64,000 bases of DNA, from NCBI GenBank assembly GCA_002269645.1, contig NIVC01000221.1, positions 682,001 through 746,000 of the forward strand. The letters are read 5' to 3'. This document shows, one piece after another, positions 21,833 to 56,470 of this stretch. The notes below the pieces were generated by a model. It was not told the DNA's origin, did no database searches, and saw only the letters and a program-made list of their open reading frames with translations. Positions within the stretch are counted from its first letter, which is position 1, and the number at the start of each line of letters is the position of its first letter. A program made the position numbers and the translations under genes. The DNA comes from Macrostomum lignano (Eukaryota).

Positions 21833-23172
21833 ATGTGCATGAGAGATTTTCGACTGATGGATAGCTTAATGGCGGACACCTGCGAGACTCGCCAAAAGGC
21901 GGTGTCAATTGTTTTTGTAGATTTCTGCAAAGCATTTGACCAGGTCAGCCGAGCGGCCATTGACTGGCTCCTCCAGCAGCATGGAGTTCCTCAGCTACTG
22001 GTTCAGGCGATCATGGACCTCTACAGCTCGTCGAAGGCTTTTGTCCAGACTGACCACGGCCCTACATCTGAATTTGCCACCACCTTTGGGGTCCGGCAAG
22101 GTGACACCCTATCACCGTTTCTATTCGTTATTCTGATCGACTACGTCATGCGGCTGGCTCTGCGCGACGAAGACGGCTATGAAGTGGTGCCTCGCCGCAG
22201 CTTCCGCTTTCCCTGTGTCAAGCTGACCTGCCTCTCCTACGCAGACGACTTGGCGCTGACCTGCTGCATTCCCGAAGCTGCGCAGAGGGCGGTGAGTCGG
22301 CTGGCTGACGAGGGGAAGCACGTGGGGCTCCACATCAACTACGGCAAGACAGAGGTGCTGCATGTTGGCATTGCCAACTCTTCACCGCTGCTTCTACTGG
22401 ACGGCAACACCATTGCCCCGTGCAACCAGTTCAAGTATCTGGGCGTCCTGACTCGGATGCCATTGTCAACAACCGCAAGCAGCTGGCGTGGCGGGCCTCC
22501 CACCTTCTCCGCTCCATCTTCAACTGCCGACTCGCCACCGACAGCCTGAAGGTCGCCCTCTTCCGCTCGGCAGTTGAGGCGGTGCTGACCTATGGGCTGG
22601 AAGCTGTTCCCATGACTGCCACTCGTGAGGCGAGCTTGGAGGCCTATCATCGTCACCTCCTGCTCAATGCCTTTGGGCATCCGATTCCCCGAGCGCGTGA
22701 GCAACGCTGAGCTGACGGCCCGGACCCGCGTGCCGCCCCTGGGTCGCACTTTGCAGAAGCGACACCAAATGTTGATAGGACTCTGCCTGCGAGCCCACAC
22801 ACGGGGCACCGGGCCCCTGATCGCCGACCTGCTGCTCAGGCCGCCCTGTGTGGAGACTCCGCCGAGGCAAGGCGCTGCACCACTCTGACTGACACGTCGG
22901 TTCTCACTGACTTGCCTAGGCTCTGGGCCTTAGCCCTCAGTCTGCAACTAGGCCGGAGTCAGCTGTTTTCCACCAGCGGGTGCTTCGCTGACCCCTGCGC
23001 CAGCGTCTGTTTGATAATAATAATAATAATAATAATGATAATAATAATGTTAATAATAATAATAATGTTAATAATAATATAGTAATAATAATAATAATGT
23101 TAATAATAATAATAATGTTAATAATATAATAATGTTAATAATAATAATAAATAACAATAAATAATATTAATA
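21833..23172 (+). mobile_element. 5'-truncated RTE-like non-LTR retrotransposon with RT core and (TAA)n tail, frameshifted
   Basis: Motifs FVDFCKAFDQV, GVRQGDTLSPFLF, LSYADDLAL, INYGKTEV and FKYLG. Frameshifts near 22450 and 22690. The element ends in an (AAT)n tract at 23015-23172. Confidence 0.92.
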
Positions 23173-24063
23173 ATGGCGGAGGAGACTTTATCAGACAAAT
23201 CTCTCTCCAGACAATTCATCTCCAATATGTATAATTTTTCGGTAAAACCTTTCTCCTAAAATTTTACAAGAAACGTATAGTTTCCCGTCCTACTTGAGTA
23301 GCTGTTGATACAGACATTGATGCTTTTGAAATTTTACTCAGACCTAAATAACTCCAAGGAAAATTGTAATTAAAATTCATACAGATTATTCTTTGCATGT
23401 ACGTTTACATAAATTTCTGTATTAATTATAAATATTCTGGTAAAAAAATTGTTAGCTACCCCATCCTATAATTAGGATTTTTACTTTTTTGATAGATTTT
23501 ATCAAGGACCACTAGGAACACTTCGTTATATACTTATAGTCTAGTAGTCCTTGGATTTTATTTGTAAACCACAGATTTTTTATAGTAAGTTGAGATCTCG
23601 ATCACTTCAGTAATGTAATGTATCTTTATATCTATTTTAAAAGCAATCATATTTTGTATTTATTTCGCATTGTGCATTATTTGTATTTGTATTCTATGTA
23701 TATTTTACTGTATGTACTTGTTTATTTTGCTTGACAGTTTATAATGAAGATTGAAGCTTGTTTTTAATGACTAATAATTAACTAATATAAATATGAATCA
23801 TCGATTTTTTGGTAACAGTTCGCCGCTCTGATTCAGCATCTCTCGATTGAAAATTCAAATTATGGTCTTTGGCTATTCAGTTCATTACAGTTTCATTACA
23901 GGAACAATACAAATCAACATCGGTGTTTACATTAACTTAACAAAATTATTTTTAGGATCCGATTAGCTAAACAAATAAAAAGCTTGTTATATTTATTTAT
24001 TAATAAATGTAGTAATAATTAGAAAATACAAGAAAAAATATGAAGTACAATATACTTCCCAAA

Positions 24064-24174
24064 GGCTATCCTGTAGTTTCGCACGTTAAATTATTTTACG
24101 GAATTATTTCGCCCTCTATTCAAGGGTGGTGGGGGTGGGGGTAATAATTTAACGTGCGAAACTACAGGATAGCC
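24064..24174. mobile_element. 111-bp MITE with 32-bp perfect TIRs and 9-bp TSD
   Basis: GGCTATCCTGTAGTTTCGCACGTTAAATTATT (24064-24095) and its exact reverse complement (24143-24174), flanked by direct CTTCCCAAA at 24055-24063 and 24175-24183. Confidence 0.92.
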
Positions 24175-25023
24175 CTTCCCAAATTATGAACTGTCAGAAT
24201 TTTTCTTATTATAGTGTAGATCTAAACAGATATATGATTTTAGAGGCAAAAACAATATTTGAATTTTTTATATTAAATACAATAAACTACAACACAGCCA
24301 AAAGCTTAAAAAACTAAAAAACTGCAGAAAGGCTAACAGGGGTTAAAAATGTTTCAAAACAGCTAGACAACAAATATGATTGTGCAAGAATGGAAGCGAA
24401 TTATGGGTAACATAATATATGAAATGGCAAGAAAAAATGAAAAAAAAATTATGAGAAAAACAAACGGAAAAAGCTTCTGTGAGCTTGCGGAAAGAGCTCT
24501 CAGAAATTTAAAGAATTAGCCACGTATCTTACGTACTACTGACAATGATAAGGAAGTAGTAAGATAGATAGATATGATTGTGGCAGCTAAAATTGTAGTT
24601 CGCAATTAATTAAATTACTGAGGTGCAACTGTTGACGTCCAGAAAGCTGACACAAATGACAGAGAAGCGGCAGAAATAAAGTTTGTTCAAATTCATCAAA
24701 CGTTCAAAATATTAAATAATTAATAATTCGTAAATAAAAATACCCACAACTGGACGATTAAAACATCAAATAGACCCCGAACTGTCAGCAATTCGTAACC
24801 ATCAGCTGTTTTAACAAACAATTAATAATAGAAGAATTAAGTCAACTTAATTTATAATTAACCTTTACGAAAGGTTCAGAATTTAAGATTCTGTCCGTCC
24901 GGGCTTCAAAAATTAAAATGGTTCAAATGTTAAAATGGACCCACATTTTTTCTATTTTCAATCCGGTTTTAACTAATGTGCCTAAACTTGAATTCGTCGA
25001 ATAGTAGTTATTACTGCAAAAAA

Positions 25024-47174
<22,151 letters not shown>

Positions 47175-48129
47175 GCGGTCTCGATCGTGTCCGTGGAGAT
47201 TGAGGAATAGACTGTAAAAATATGGTGATGACGAGCAGGCGGAGTCTGGTAAAGAAGTCAGACAACTACCATAAACTGGGCTTGTCTGTCTCTCCAAAAC
47301 AGCCTTCAACCTTTACCGCCACGCTAGCCTATGGCTATATTTATATACAGAGATAAACAGCATTTGGTCTGAGGCAGAAGTACATTCACGTTTGAGCTCT
47401 CAGCTCTGCTCAACGGTGGTTGGACCCTCTCGAGGCTTCTGGGGTGAACGGAGGGCTTTGAGAGGGCCCTCCCCGACTCTCCCCGACTCTCCCTTTCTCT
47501 CCGTGCGGTCACAATCCAGTGCGCAAAAAAGCCGAGGAACTGAGTCCCCATTCAAATCCCTTAAGCTGTCAATTTTCCCCTTCCCTTTCCACCCTCTCTC
47601 TCCTGCAGGCCAAGTCTCAATTAGACCCATGCAGACTCTATCTGTAAGTGTATCTCCCAAGCCATGGCGACTTTCAAGGCCTTCTCACATGTACTAGCAA
47701 AGCTCGCGTACTAAGAGGGAAGACAGATTGGGAGACGTCTGAAGGTATGGATTTATAGTGTACTCAGTGGCCCTCTCCATCTTTACACATGGCTCTGTTC
47801 GCCTTCTCTATCCGTGCCAAGCTGCACGCCATTGGGGAGGAGTATACAGCTCAGGCCCCGAGACAGAGACAGACGGACAGATAGATTAGGATTCTGCTGT
47901 ACAGTGTTAAAACCGGATGGATCTGGCGACGGCTGGACTGGGGCGTTTTTAGCTCAGCTCCTCCTCAGTTAGTTATATTTTTCTCAATCCAACATGCATC
48001 TTTTTGCAGTGGCTACTGAAAAATCAGCATTAGTACTGTAGTGTACTTGCGCAGAGGAGCATGTCACAACTTTATCAAAATTTACCTTCAATCTTGAACC
48101 CACTAGGACTAAATATCACATTGATTGAC

Positions 48130-49715
48130 TTATACACCATAGATATACCACATAGACAGCGTACCCCTAAATGCCACACACCATAGATCCCAAACCCCAC
48201 AGATCCCACACCCCATAGATGCCATACCTCATAGATCACACAACCAATGGATCACCCACCCTATAGATCCCGCACCCCATAGATCACACACCCCATGGAT
48301 CCCACCAGGGGCGTAGCCAGGAATTTTGATTGGGGAGGGGGCCGTGAGTTAGGGGGCGCCAGCTTCTTAAAGGGGGGCGCCAGTTTCTTTTAGGGGAGGG
48401 GGGCGCCAGTTTCTTTTAGGGGGGGGGCGCCAGTTTCTTTTAGGGGGGCGCCAGTTTCTTATAGGGGGGGCGCCGGTTTCTTTTAGGGGGGAAGGGGCGC
48501 CAGTTTCTTTTAGAAGGGGCCGGGGGCACCAGTTTCTTATAGGGGGGGGGGGGCGCCAGTTTCTTATAGGGGGGGGCGCCAGTTTCTTTTAGGGGGGGGG
48601 CGCCAAGGCCAAAGTTGGTGATTGGGGGGGGGGGCACGGCCCCCCTTGCCCCCCTCTGGCTACGCCCCTGGATCCCACACCCCATAGATTCCACACCCCA
48701 TAGATCCCACAACCCCATAGATCCCACAACCCCATAGATCCCACATCCCATAGATCCCACATCCCATAGATCCCACAACCCCATAGATCCCACACCCTAT
48801 AGATCCCGCACCCCATAGATCCCACACCCCATAGATCCCATACCTCATAGATCACACAACCAATGGATCCCACACCCCATATATCACACATCCCATAGAT
48901 CCCACACCCCATAGATCCCACATCCCATAGATCCAACAACCCCATAGATCCCACACCCCATAGATCACACATCCCATAGATCCCACAACCCCATAGATCA
49001 CACACCCCATAGATCACACATCCCATAGATCCCACAACCCCATAGATCACACACCCCATAGATCACACATCCCATAGATCCCACAACCCCATAGATCACA
49101 CACCCCATAGTTCCCACAACTCCATAGATCCCACACCCCATAGATCCCACAACTCCATAGATCCCACACCCCATAGACCACACACCCCATAGATCCCACC
49201 CCCACAACTCCATAGATCCCACAACCCCATAGATCCCACACCCCATAGATCCCACATCCCATAGATCCCACATCCCATAGATCCCACAACCCCATAGATC
49301 CCACAACTCCATAGATCCCACAACCCCATAGATCCCACAACTCCATAGATCCCACACCCCATAGATCACACACCCTATAGATCCCACCCCCACAACTCCA
49401 TAGATCCCACAACTCCATAGATCCCACACCCCATAGATCACACACCCCATAGATCCCACCCCCACAACTCCATAGATCCCACAACCCCATAGATCCCACA
49501 CCCCATAGATCCCACATCCCATAGATCCCACATCCCATAGATCCCACAACCCCATAGATCCCACAACTCCATAGATCCCACAACCCCATAGATCCCACAA
49601 CCCCATAGATCCCACAACCCCATAGATCCCACAACCCCATAGATCCCACATCCCATAGATCCCACATCCCATAGATCCCACATCCCATAGATCCCACAAC
49701 CCCATAGTTCCACAC
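48130..49715. repeat. 16-17-bp minisatellite (CCCCATAGATCCCACAA)n upstream of TRPM, interrupted by a TIR element
   Basis: Read directly. Confidence 0.94.
48306..48670. mobile_element. 365-bp non-autonomous TIR element (hAT-like by its 8-bp TSD) with internal GGCGCC repeats
   Basis: 15-bp TIRs CAGGGGCGTAGCCAG (48306-48320) and CTGGCTACGCCCCTG (48656-48670). GATCCCAC flanks both sides (48298-48305, 48671-48678), although it is also part of the host repeat. Confidence 0.85.
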
Positions 49716-50489
49716 CTAATATATTTCACACGCATAAAATCTCAAACGTGAAAGTTGAACTAGACTAGTTGAACTGATTCAAGCTACAATGAAAATAGTA
49801 CATGCAATAAATTTGAAAGAATCAAATGAAAACAATGATTGGTGCTGCTAGGGGAAACTATAGAAAAGCCAAAGAAAGTAAAATACTTTCATTTTGTGTA
49901 ATTTTTTATTCAATGCAGCTGTTGTTGGGGGGGCTTTCAACACTCCGCTCAGACACTTTTCTTGCCTTTCACTGTCACCTTTAATCAGTCACTCACGCGG
50001 TTCTCATATACACAGTCACAATCAGCATGCAGTTAATAATAAACTGTGTTTTGGACAATAAGCTCAGACTATATAGGAGTATTTAAGGAAGGTCTTCTGG
50101 GGGAGTTGCTGCTCGAGAGTTTCCTGCGACTTGTGACAGAGTTCAGTTCACACAGGCACTTAAGAACTACACGAGTTTACATTATTTGACCCTTCACGTA
50201 AATTATAAGTAGTAGCAATACTTTTCCCAGCTAAAATTCCTGCAGAGAGAGTTAGTATGAAGACAGAGCAAAATTTGCATTTATTTATTAATAATTTCTA
50301 TTTTGACTGTAGGCTGGTACGAGATTTTGGCACATTGCCAAATTATATACATGTAGTTTTATAAAACATATATTTATAATTTACACGTCGCTTTATTGTA
50401 CACTATACTCGTACATAGCTCAAAATGGCCAGATAAAGATAAGCTAGCAAATGACTGCAAGAGGATGTGAGAGTTGAGACTATACAGAT

Positions 50490-51090
50490 CGCGAGAAGAG
50501 AGGGGCGAGAAAGGAGATGAGATGAGAGATAGGATGAAAGGAGAGAGAGAGGTAGAAGAAAAAGAGAAAGGCAAAAAGAGAAAAGATGAGAGATGAAAGA
50601 TAAGATTTGAAAAAAGAGAAGAGAGGAAGGATGAGATAGATGAGAGATGGGATGGGAAAAAGAGAAGAGAGGAAAGATGAGACAGATGAGAGATGGGATG
50701 GGAAAAAGAGAAGAGAGGAAAGATGAGACAGATGAGAGATGGGATGGGAAAAAGAGAAGAGAGGAAAGATGAGACAGGTGAGAGATGGGATAAGAAAAAG
50801 TGAAGGGGAGGAAAGATGAGAGAGACGAGAGATGGGATGAGAAAAGGGAAATGGAGGAAATATGAGAGATGGGATGAGAAAAGCGAAGGAGAGGAAAGAT
50901 GAGAGAGATGAGAGATGGGATGGGGAAAAAAGAACAGAGGAAAGATGAGAGATGGGATGAGAAAAGGGAAGGAGAGGAAAGATGAGATGAGATCGCGATG
51001 ATTGATGGGATAAGAAAACGAGAAGAGATTAAATATTAGAGATGATCAATGTGATGGGAAATATGGGAAAGATGAGAGAAGAAAGCTAAG
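50490..51090. repeat. GA-rich degenerate repeat (~45-bp units)
   Basis: GAGATGGGATGGGAAAAAGAGAAGAGAGGAAAGAT recurs. Confidence 0.88.
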
Positions 51091-51141
51091 AAGAGCCGGA
51101 TCGCTATTCGCACGAAGCTTTAAAAGAACCCATGGGCCGTG

Positions 51142-51615
51142 GGGTGGGTTTCACAAACGCGAAATTTCACAACCGCGAAACTTCACAAACGCGAAACTTC
51201 ACAACCGCTAAATGTCATTTACTTTCACAACCGCTAAATGTCATTTACTTTCACAACCGCGAAACTTCATAACCGCGAAACTTCACAAACGCGAAACTTC
51301 ACAACCGCGAAACTTCACAACCGCGAAATTTCACAACCGCTAAATGTCATTTACTTTCACAACCGCGAAACTTCACAAACGCTAAAATTTTTGCATTTAC
51401 TTTCATATACAACAAACAGTCTTTTTAGCGGTTGTGAAGTTTCGCGGTTGTGAAAGTAGATGACATTTAGCGGTTGTGAAGTTTCACGTTTGTGAAGTTT
51501 AGCGCTCATGAAAGTATGTGATTTAGCGGGTTGTGAAGTTTCGCGCTTATGAAGTTCGCGTTTATGAAAGTAGGTGATTTACAGTTGTGAAATTTCGCGT
51601 TTGTGAAAGCAACCC
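51142..51615. mobile_element. 474-bp foldback-like TIR element built from inverted subterminal tandem repeats
   Basis: The left arm has (TTCACAACCGCGAAAC)-type repeats and the right arm their reverse complement. Ends are GGGTGGGTTTCACAAACGCGAAATTTCACAAC and GTTGTGAAATTTCGCGTTTGTGAAAGCAACCC. Flanks GGGCCGTG / GGGCCGCG form an 8-bp TSD with one mismatch. Confidence 0.8.
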
Positions 51616-52379
51616 GGGCCGCGGATAGAGAGGCTTCGCAGTTTGCCAACCTTATACTACTGTAGAGTTTCTGCATTTCCATTGTGAATGCTTTAGCCGT
51701 CAAGCCGTCTCATTAATTAAATACTAAATAATGGACTTCGCCTATCTCATTGGCAGTAAATGCACATTTAGCCAAGACACAACATTAGCAAAAAGCAACC
51801 CAGAACCCAGTAATTGCTAGAAATAATGGTCATTTGACCCAGCTCCTAAAGGGACTACGAATTTTGTAAAGCCAAATTTACATAACAGGTGTGGCTTGCA
51901 TCTATATATACGACTTCATGTATATTTATATACATCATTGCACTGATAGCATACCCCTAGGTATGTGAATGTGTTGTATTGATTTTTATGTAGGGTGTGG
52001 CTATTTTGTACGGTATGGCTCAGAACTCGACTTGACAATCTTGTTGAGCCCTCAAAAGCATGAGCAGGTCATACTGCAAGCTCAGTAGGATCTTCGCCAA
52101 TGTTAATTAATCCCCACTAGCTACTATAAAGTCTGCCAACACTTGAAAAACGCATGCAGTGTGCCAATCATGCCAAATCCGAGTGCTTGCCAACAGCAAC
52201 ACTCAGGAAATGAAGTCAATAAAACTTGTTAAGCGGGGATCGTTCGATCCCAGCGGCCATAATTCACAGTTTATCATCAAATATTCAGACCCAGACCGTG
52301 CCTGCATGCTCAAAGTACATATACATGTAAGATCTCTACAAAATCAGATCTCGTTGATGCTACTAGCAAGTAGCCTGAA

Positions 52380-52790
52380 CAAGTTTTCAACTCTAAAACG
52401 ACGTACGAGATGTCACGGTTACAAGTCGCTCAAAAGACGTCAGAGTCAATTTGAAGTGTTTTATGGTCTGCGACTATGGGGCCATATAGAGTCGTATTTG
52501 AGGCGTGCTAGAGTCGACTGTATCTAGTCACTAATTTGTGTTTGAAGCGCATTTGCGTCGCTTGATCGACGAATTAGAGTCACATCTCTGGCGAAATTGA
52601 GCGCCATCGCAACGATTCTTGGACGACCCTTTCGCGACTCTTTTAGGATTCTACAAGTCACGCGACGCAACAGACAACTCTCCGTCACATTGGACGTGCT
52701 TGAGTCATTAAAAAGTCACAATTGAGTCGCTAGTAGATTCACTAGAGAATTTTTTGCGACTAGCGATTATTGTCACGGTATCGTTTTCAA
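52380..52790 (+). repeat. Diverged dispersed repeat, related copy at ~59330-59730
   Basis: Shared collinear blocks AAAACGAC..ATGTCACGGT, GAGTCGTAT.TGAGGCG, GCGACTCTTT and CTCTCCGTC.CATT..TTGAGTC.TTAAAAAGTCA. Confidence 0.65.
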
Positions 52791-52995
52791 CGAGCCATCT
52801 TTAAATTGGGGTTTAAGAGGTTAAAAATGAAATAACAGAAACTCAGAAAAATCCATCAAAAATATTTTCGAACGCAGAATTTTTCTTAAGACGTGGTTCA
52901 ACAGCGAAGACTGTTTATTTACTATCGTAATTGTTGAATTTAAAACCCACGAGAAGCTGGAGCGAGAAAGTTTCACAACAATGAAATGCCAGGAC

Positions 52996-55192
52996 TCAGT
53001 TACTGTTGCCTTTCTGCCGAACGTTTGCCACTTTAAGCGACTTTTTCTTTGCTAAAGCCTTGCTGACACCTTTGGGTCGCTTCTTGGGCTTCTGGTGCTT
53101 GCTAGAAGGCCTGGAAGGCCCAGCTGCACTAGCTCCATCCTCCTGCATCATGAGCTGGCGCTGGCACTCAACAAACTGCTGCTTCTCTCTGCGCTCCTCG
53201 CGTTTCTCATCAAACCTGAGCTCGTCAAGCCGGATTTCCGCTTCGCGACGGGCGACCACAACATCCGTAACAATCTTGGCCACCTGCGCTTCATCAACTT
53301 TCATTTCTTCTAGGCGACGATCAATTAAGCGTTCGACATCTTTTAATAGGGCCAGTTCGAATTGGTTGGCAAGCAGGATGGCAGTGCCAGGGCGGCCAGC
53401 GCGTGCGGTGCGTCCGCACCTGTGCACATAGTCCTTGGGCCTTGTGGGCACGTTGTGACTGATGACCAAGTCCACTAGGGGGATGTCAAGGCCGCGGCTG
53501 CCCACATCAGTGGAGATGAGTACGCGTACCTAAAATTGTCGGGGAAGATGCCACTAGGTACTGAGATGTGTTAGACATCAGGTAACACAGGTAAAGTAGG
53601 AAAGTAGTGACTTTCACTGTAAAGTCACATAATCTAGCGAAATTTCTTTATCAAATTCGAATCCAACACTCGCGCTAGCTAAACCTGGTTGGCTATGGTG
53701 TTTTTACAAAATTTATATATACTTTATCAGCTTACAATGGTTTGCTTATTGTCAGCACAGCATGTCTGACTAGATGAGAAAGTCAAACTCGCTATATACC
53801 CGGTGTACTAGCTGGAAATTATTATGTGTTCGATGATCAGTGGAATGAAGCCAGACCCCAGTTTAGACCTCAAAAGTGAGCTGAGCTAGATTGGGCCTGC
53901 GCCCTAGGCTGAGTTTCGTCCGTCTGACTTTGCCCTCTCTCCTTGCTGCTCTCTCATTGGCGGAGCTAGATTGGGCCTGCGCCCTAGGCTGAGTTTCGTC
54001 CGTCTGACTTTGCCCTCTCTCCTTGCTGCTCTCTCATTGGCTGAGCTAGATTGGGCCTGCTCCCTAGGCTGAGTTTCGTCCGTCTGACTTTGCCCTCTCT
54101 CCTTGCTGCTCTCTCATTGGCTGAGCCAGATTGGGCCTGCCTCTAGACTGTGTTTCGTCCGTTTTGCGTTCATCTGTGTACATTCTTTAACCCAGATACT
54201 CCTGGGGCGGCTAACCTCGAGAAAGCCAGATTGGGCCTGCCTCTAGAATCTGTGTACATTCTTGATACTCCTGCGGCTAACCTCGAGAAAGAGGAAATTT
54301 TTGGCTACCACATTAAATTTAAGTGACACTGCGCAGATACAAACTACTGAAAACCGAGTAAACGCTCTTTACTCGCAATTGCGAGTGACATACCTACATA
54401 AGTATGAACCTACAAAACACACACAGATGGAGTCTATCAGACCAAGCACCCACCTGGTTAGACTTGAACCTAGCCAGAGAGTCCAACCGCTGCCGCTGAG
54501 TCAGGGCGGAATGCAGCAGAGCAGAGTCCAGTCCAAGCGCTTTAAACATCAAACCAAGCAGGTGACACCATTTACACTTGTTAGTGAACACCACAATCAA
54601 TGAAGTCGGATTCTTAGCCAAGAAATCCGACACAATGTGTATTAGAAACGCATCCTTGACCTGGGCGGGCATCAGGCAGTAGTACTGGTTCAAGGACTCC
54701 GGCAAGCGCGCCCCCGAACTGCCCGACCCTGACGCTGATGCAGCGGAAATGTCGTCAACTTCTGCAGCTGAACTGTTGAACACGAAAGGCGGCTGTCGAC
54801 GTTTGGACTTCGCTTCTCCTTCATCGGTAGTTTCTCCGTCTTCTCCAGCTGCTGCAGTCGCCAGAGCTGCGCTCACCGCTTCTGTGTAGGTGGCGCTAAA
54901 CAACAGCGTCTGTCTGTCTGCCGGCACGGCCTCAACTATGGCTGCCAGATCGCGACCGAAATTGTCTTCTAGTAGGCGATCGGCCTCGTCCAGTATGAGG
55001 TAGCGAAGGCTGGAAAAGTGCAAATCTGACGAATTGCTGCGCACGTGATCGGCGAGTCGGCCTGCGAGGATCAAATTAATGTCAATAATTCAAAATCAAT
55101 GCATCTGTTCATTTGTCTTATGAGTACCTATCAATCAACCAAACGATCTGTCTGTCTACCACTCTACCTGTCTATCTATCTATCTATCTATC

Positions 55193-55239
<47 letters not shown>

Positions 55240-55264
55240 CCTATCTATCTATCTATCTATCTAC

Positions 55265-55298
<34 letters not shown>

Positions 55299-55339
55299 CT
55301 GTATCTATCTGTCTGTCTATCTATCTATCTATCTATCTG

Positions 55340-55370
<31 letters not shown>

Positions 55371-55447
55371 GTGTATCTATCTATCTATCAATCTATCTAT
55401 CTACCTATCTATCTATCTATCTATCTATCTCTGTATCTATCTGTCTG

Positions 55448-55518
<71 letters not shown>

Positions 55519-55521
55519 GTG

Positions 55522-55590
<69 letters not shown>

Positions 55591-56086
55591 GTGTATCTAT
55601 CTATCTATCTATGTATTTATCCAAATCCCCCTTCATACCAGGCGTCCCAACAATGAAATGCGGCCTGGCTGCTAACATCCGGCCCTGCTCAACCACATCC
55701 CGCCCGCCAGTCACGGTGAGCAGTCGGAAGTTGAGCGCCTGGCACAGAACCCGCAGCTGATCAGTAATCTGAAAGGCCAGCTCCCTAGTCGGGGTGACAA
55801 CCAGAGCGTACGGACCAACCGGATCGTCCAGCAGTTGGTGCATGATAGGCAGGGCGAAGGCCAGGGTCTTGCCGGAGCCGGTCTCAGCGCAGCCAATCAC
55901 ATCCCGACCAGCCAGCACAGCCGGGATGCAGGCCCTCTGCACAGGGGTTGGCTTTGTGATTGACAGAGCCGAGAGCTGACTCAGCAGCCAAGGCTTTAAG
56001 CCTAACGACGAGAATTCGCTGGTTGATGACTGAAAAGTTAGGAGAGCAGAGACTAGGTGTGGCAAAGTTACGCGCAATACGGGCAT
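52996..56086 (-). CDS. DDX49: DEAD-box RNA helicase DDX49/Dbp8, 3 coding exons (5' end slightly uncertain)
   Basis: Exons 56086(or 56029)-55639, 55061-54454 and 53529-52996, with consistent phases. Motifs: [61 protein letters not shown]. The C-terminal [19 protein letters not shown] resembles DDX49. An acceptor-like TTTTCAG at 56030 suggests a tiny upstream exon is possible. Confidence 0.92.
53880..54150. repeat. 80-bp tandem repeat x~3.3 in DDX49 intron 2
   Basis: Units start at 53880, 53960, 54040 and 54120. Confidence 0.92.
55130..55620. repeat. (TATC)n microsatellite filling DDX49 intron 1
   Basis: Read directly. Confidence 0.97.
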
Positions 56087-56206
56087 ATGATTTCTATGGC
56101 ATCTAGTGTGGTCTGTGGTTTGACTCCGGCCCTCGAAGCCTCTCTATCCGGCGTTCGGGTCCTTTGAAACTTCACAATAGCAATCCGGCCCGATTAATGT
56201 TTGTGT

Positions 56207-56207
<1 letters not shown>

Positions 56208-56241
<34 letters not shown>

Positions 56242-56470
56242 AAAGATAGATAGATAGATAGATGGATAGATAGATAGATAGATAGATAGATATAAAGATA
56301 GATAAAAAGATAGATAGATAGATAGATGGATAGATAGATAGATAGATCGATAGATAGATAGAAAGATAGATACATAGATAGATAGATAGATACATAGATA
56401 GATAGATAGATACATAGATAGATAGATAGATACATAGATAGAAAGATAGATACATAGATAGATAGATGGA
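56208..56470. repeat. (GATA)n microsatellite upstream of DDX49
   Basis: Read directly. Confidence 0.97.
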
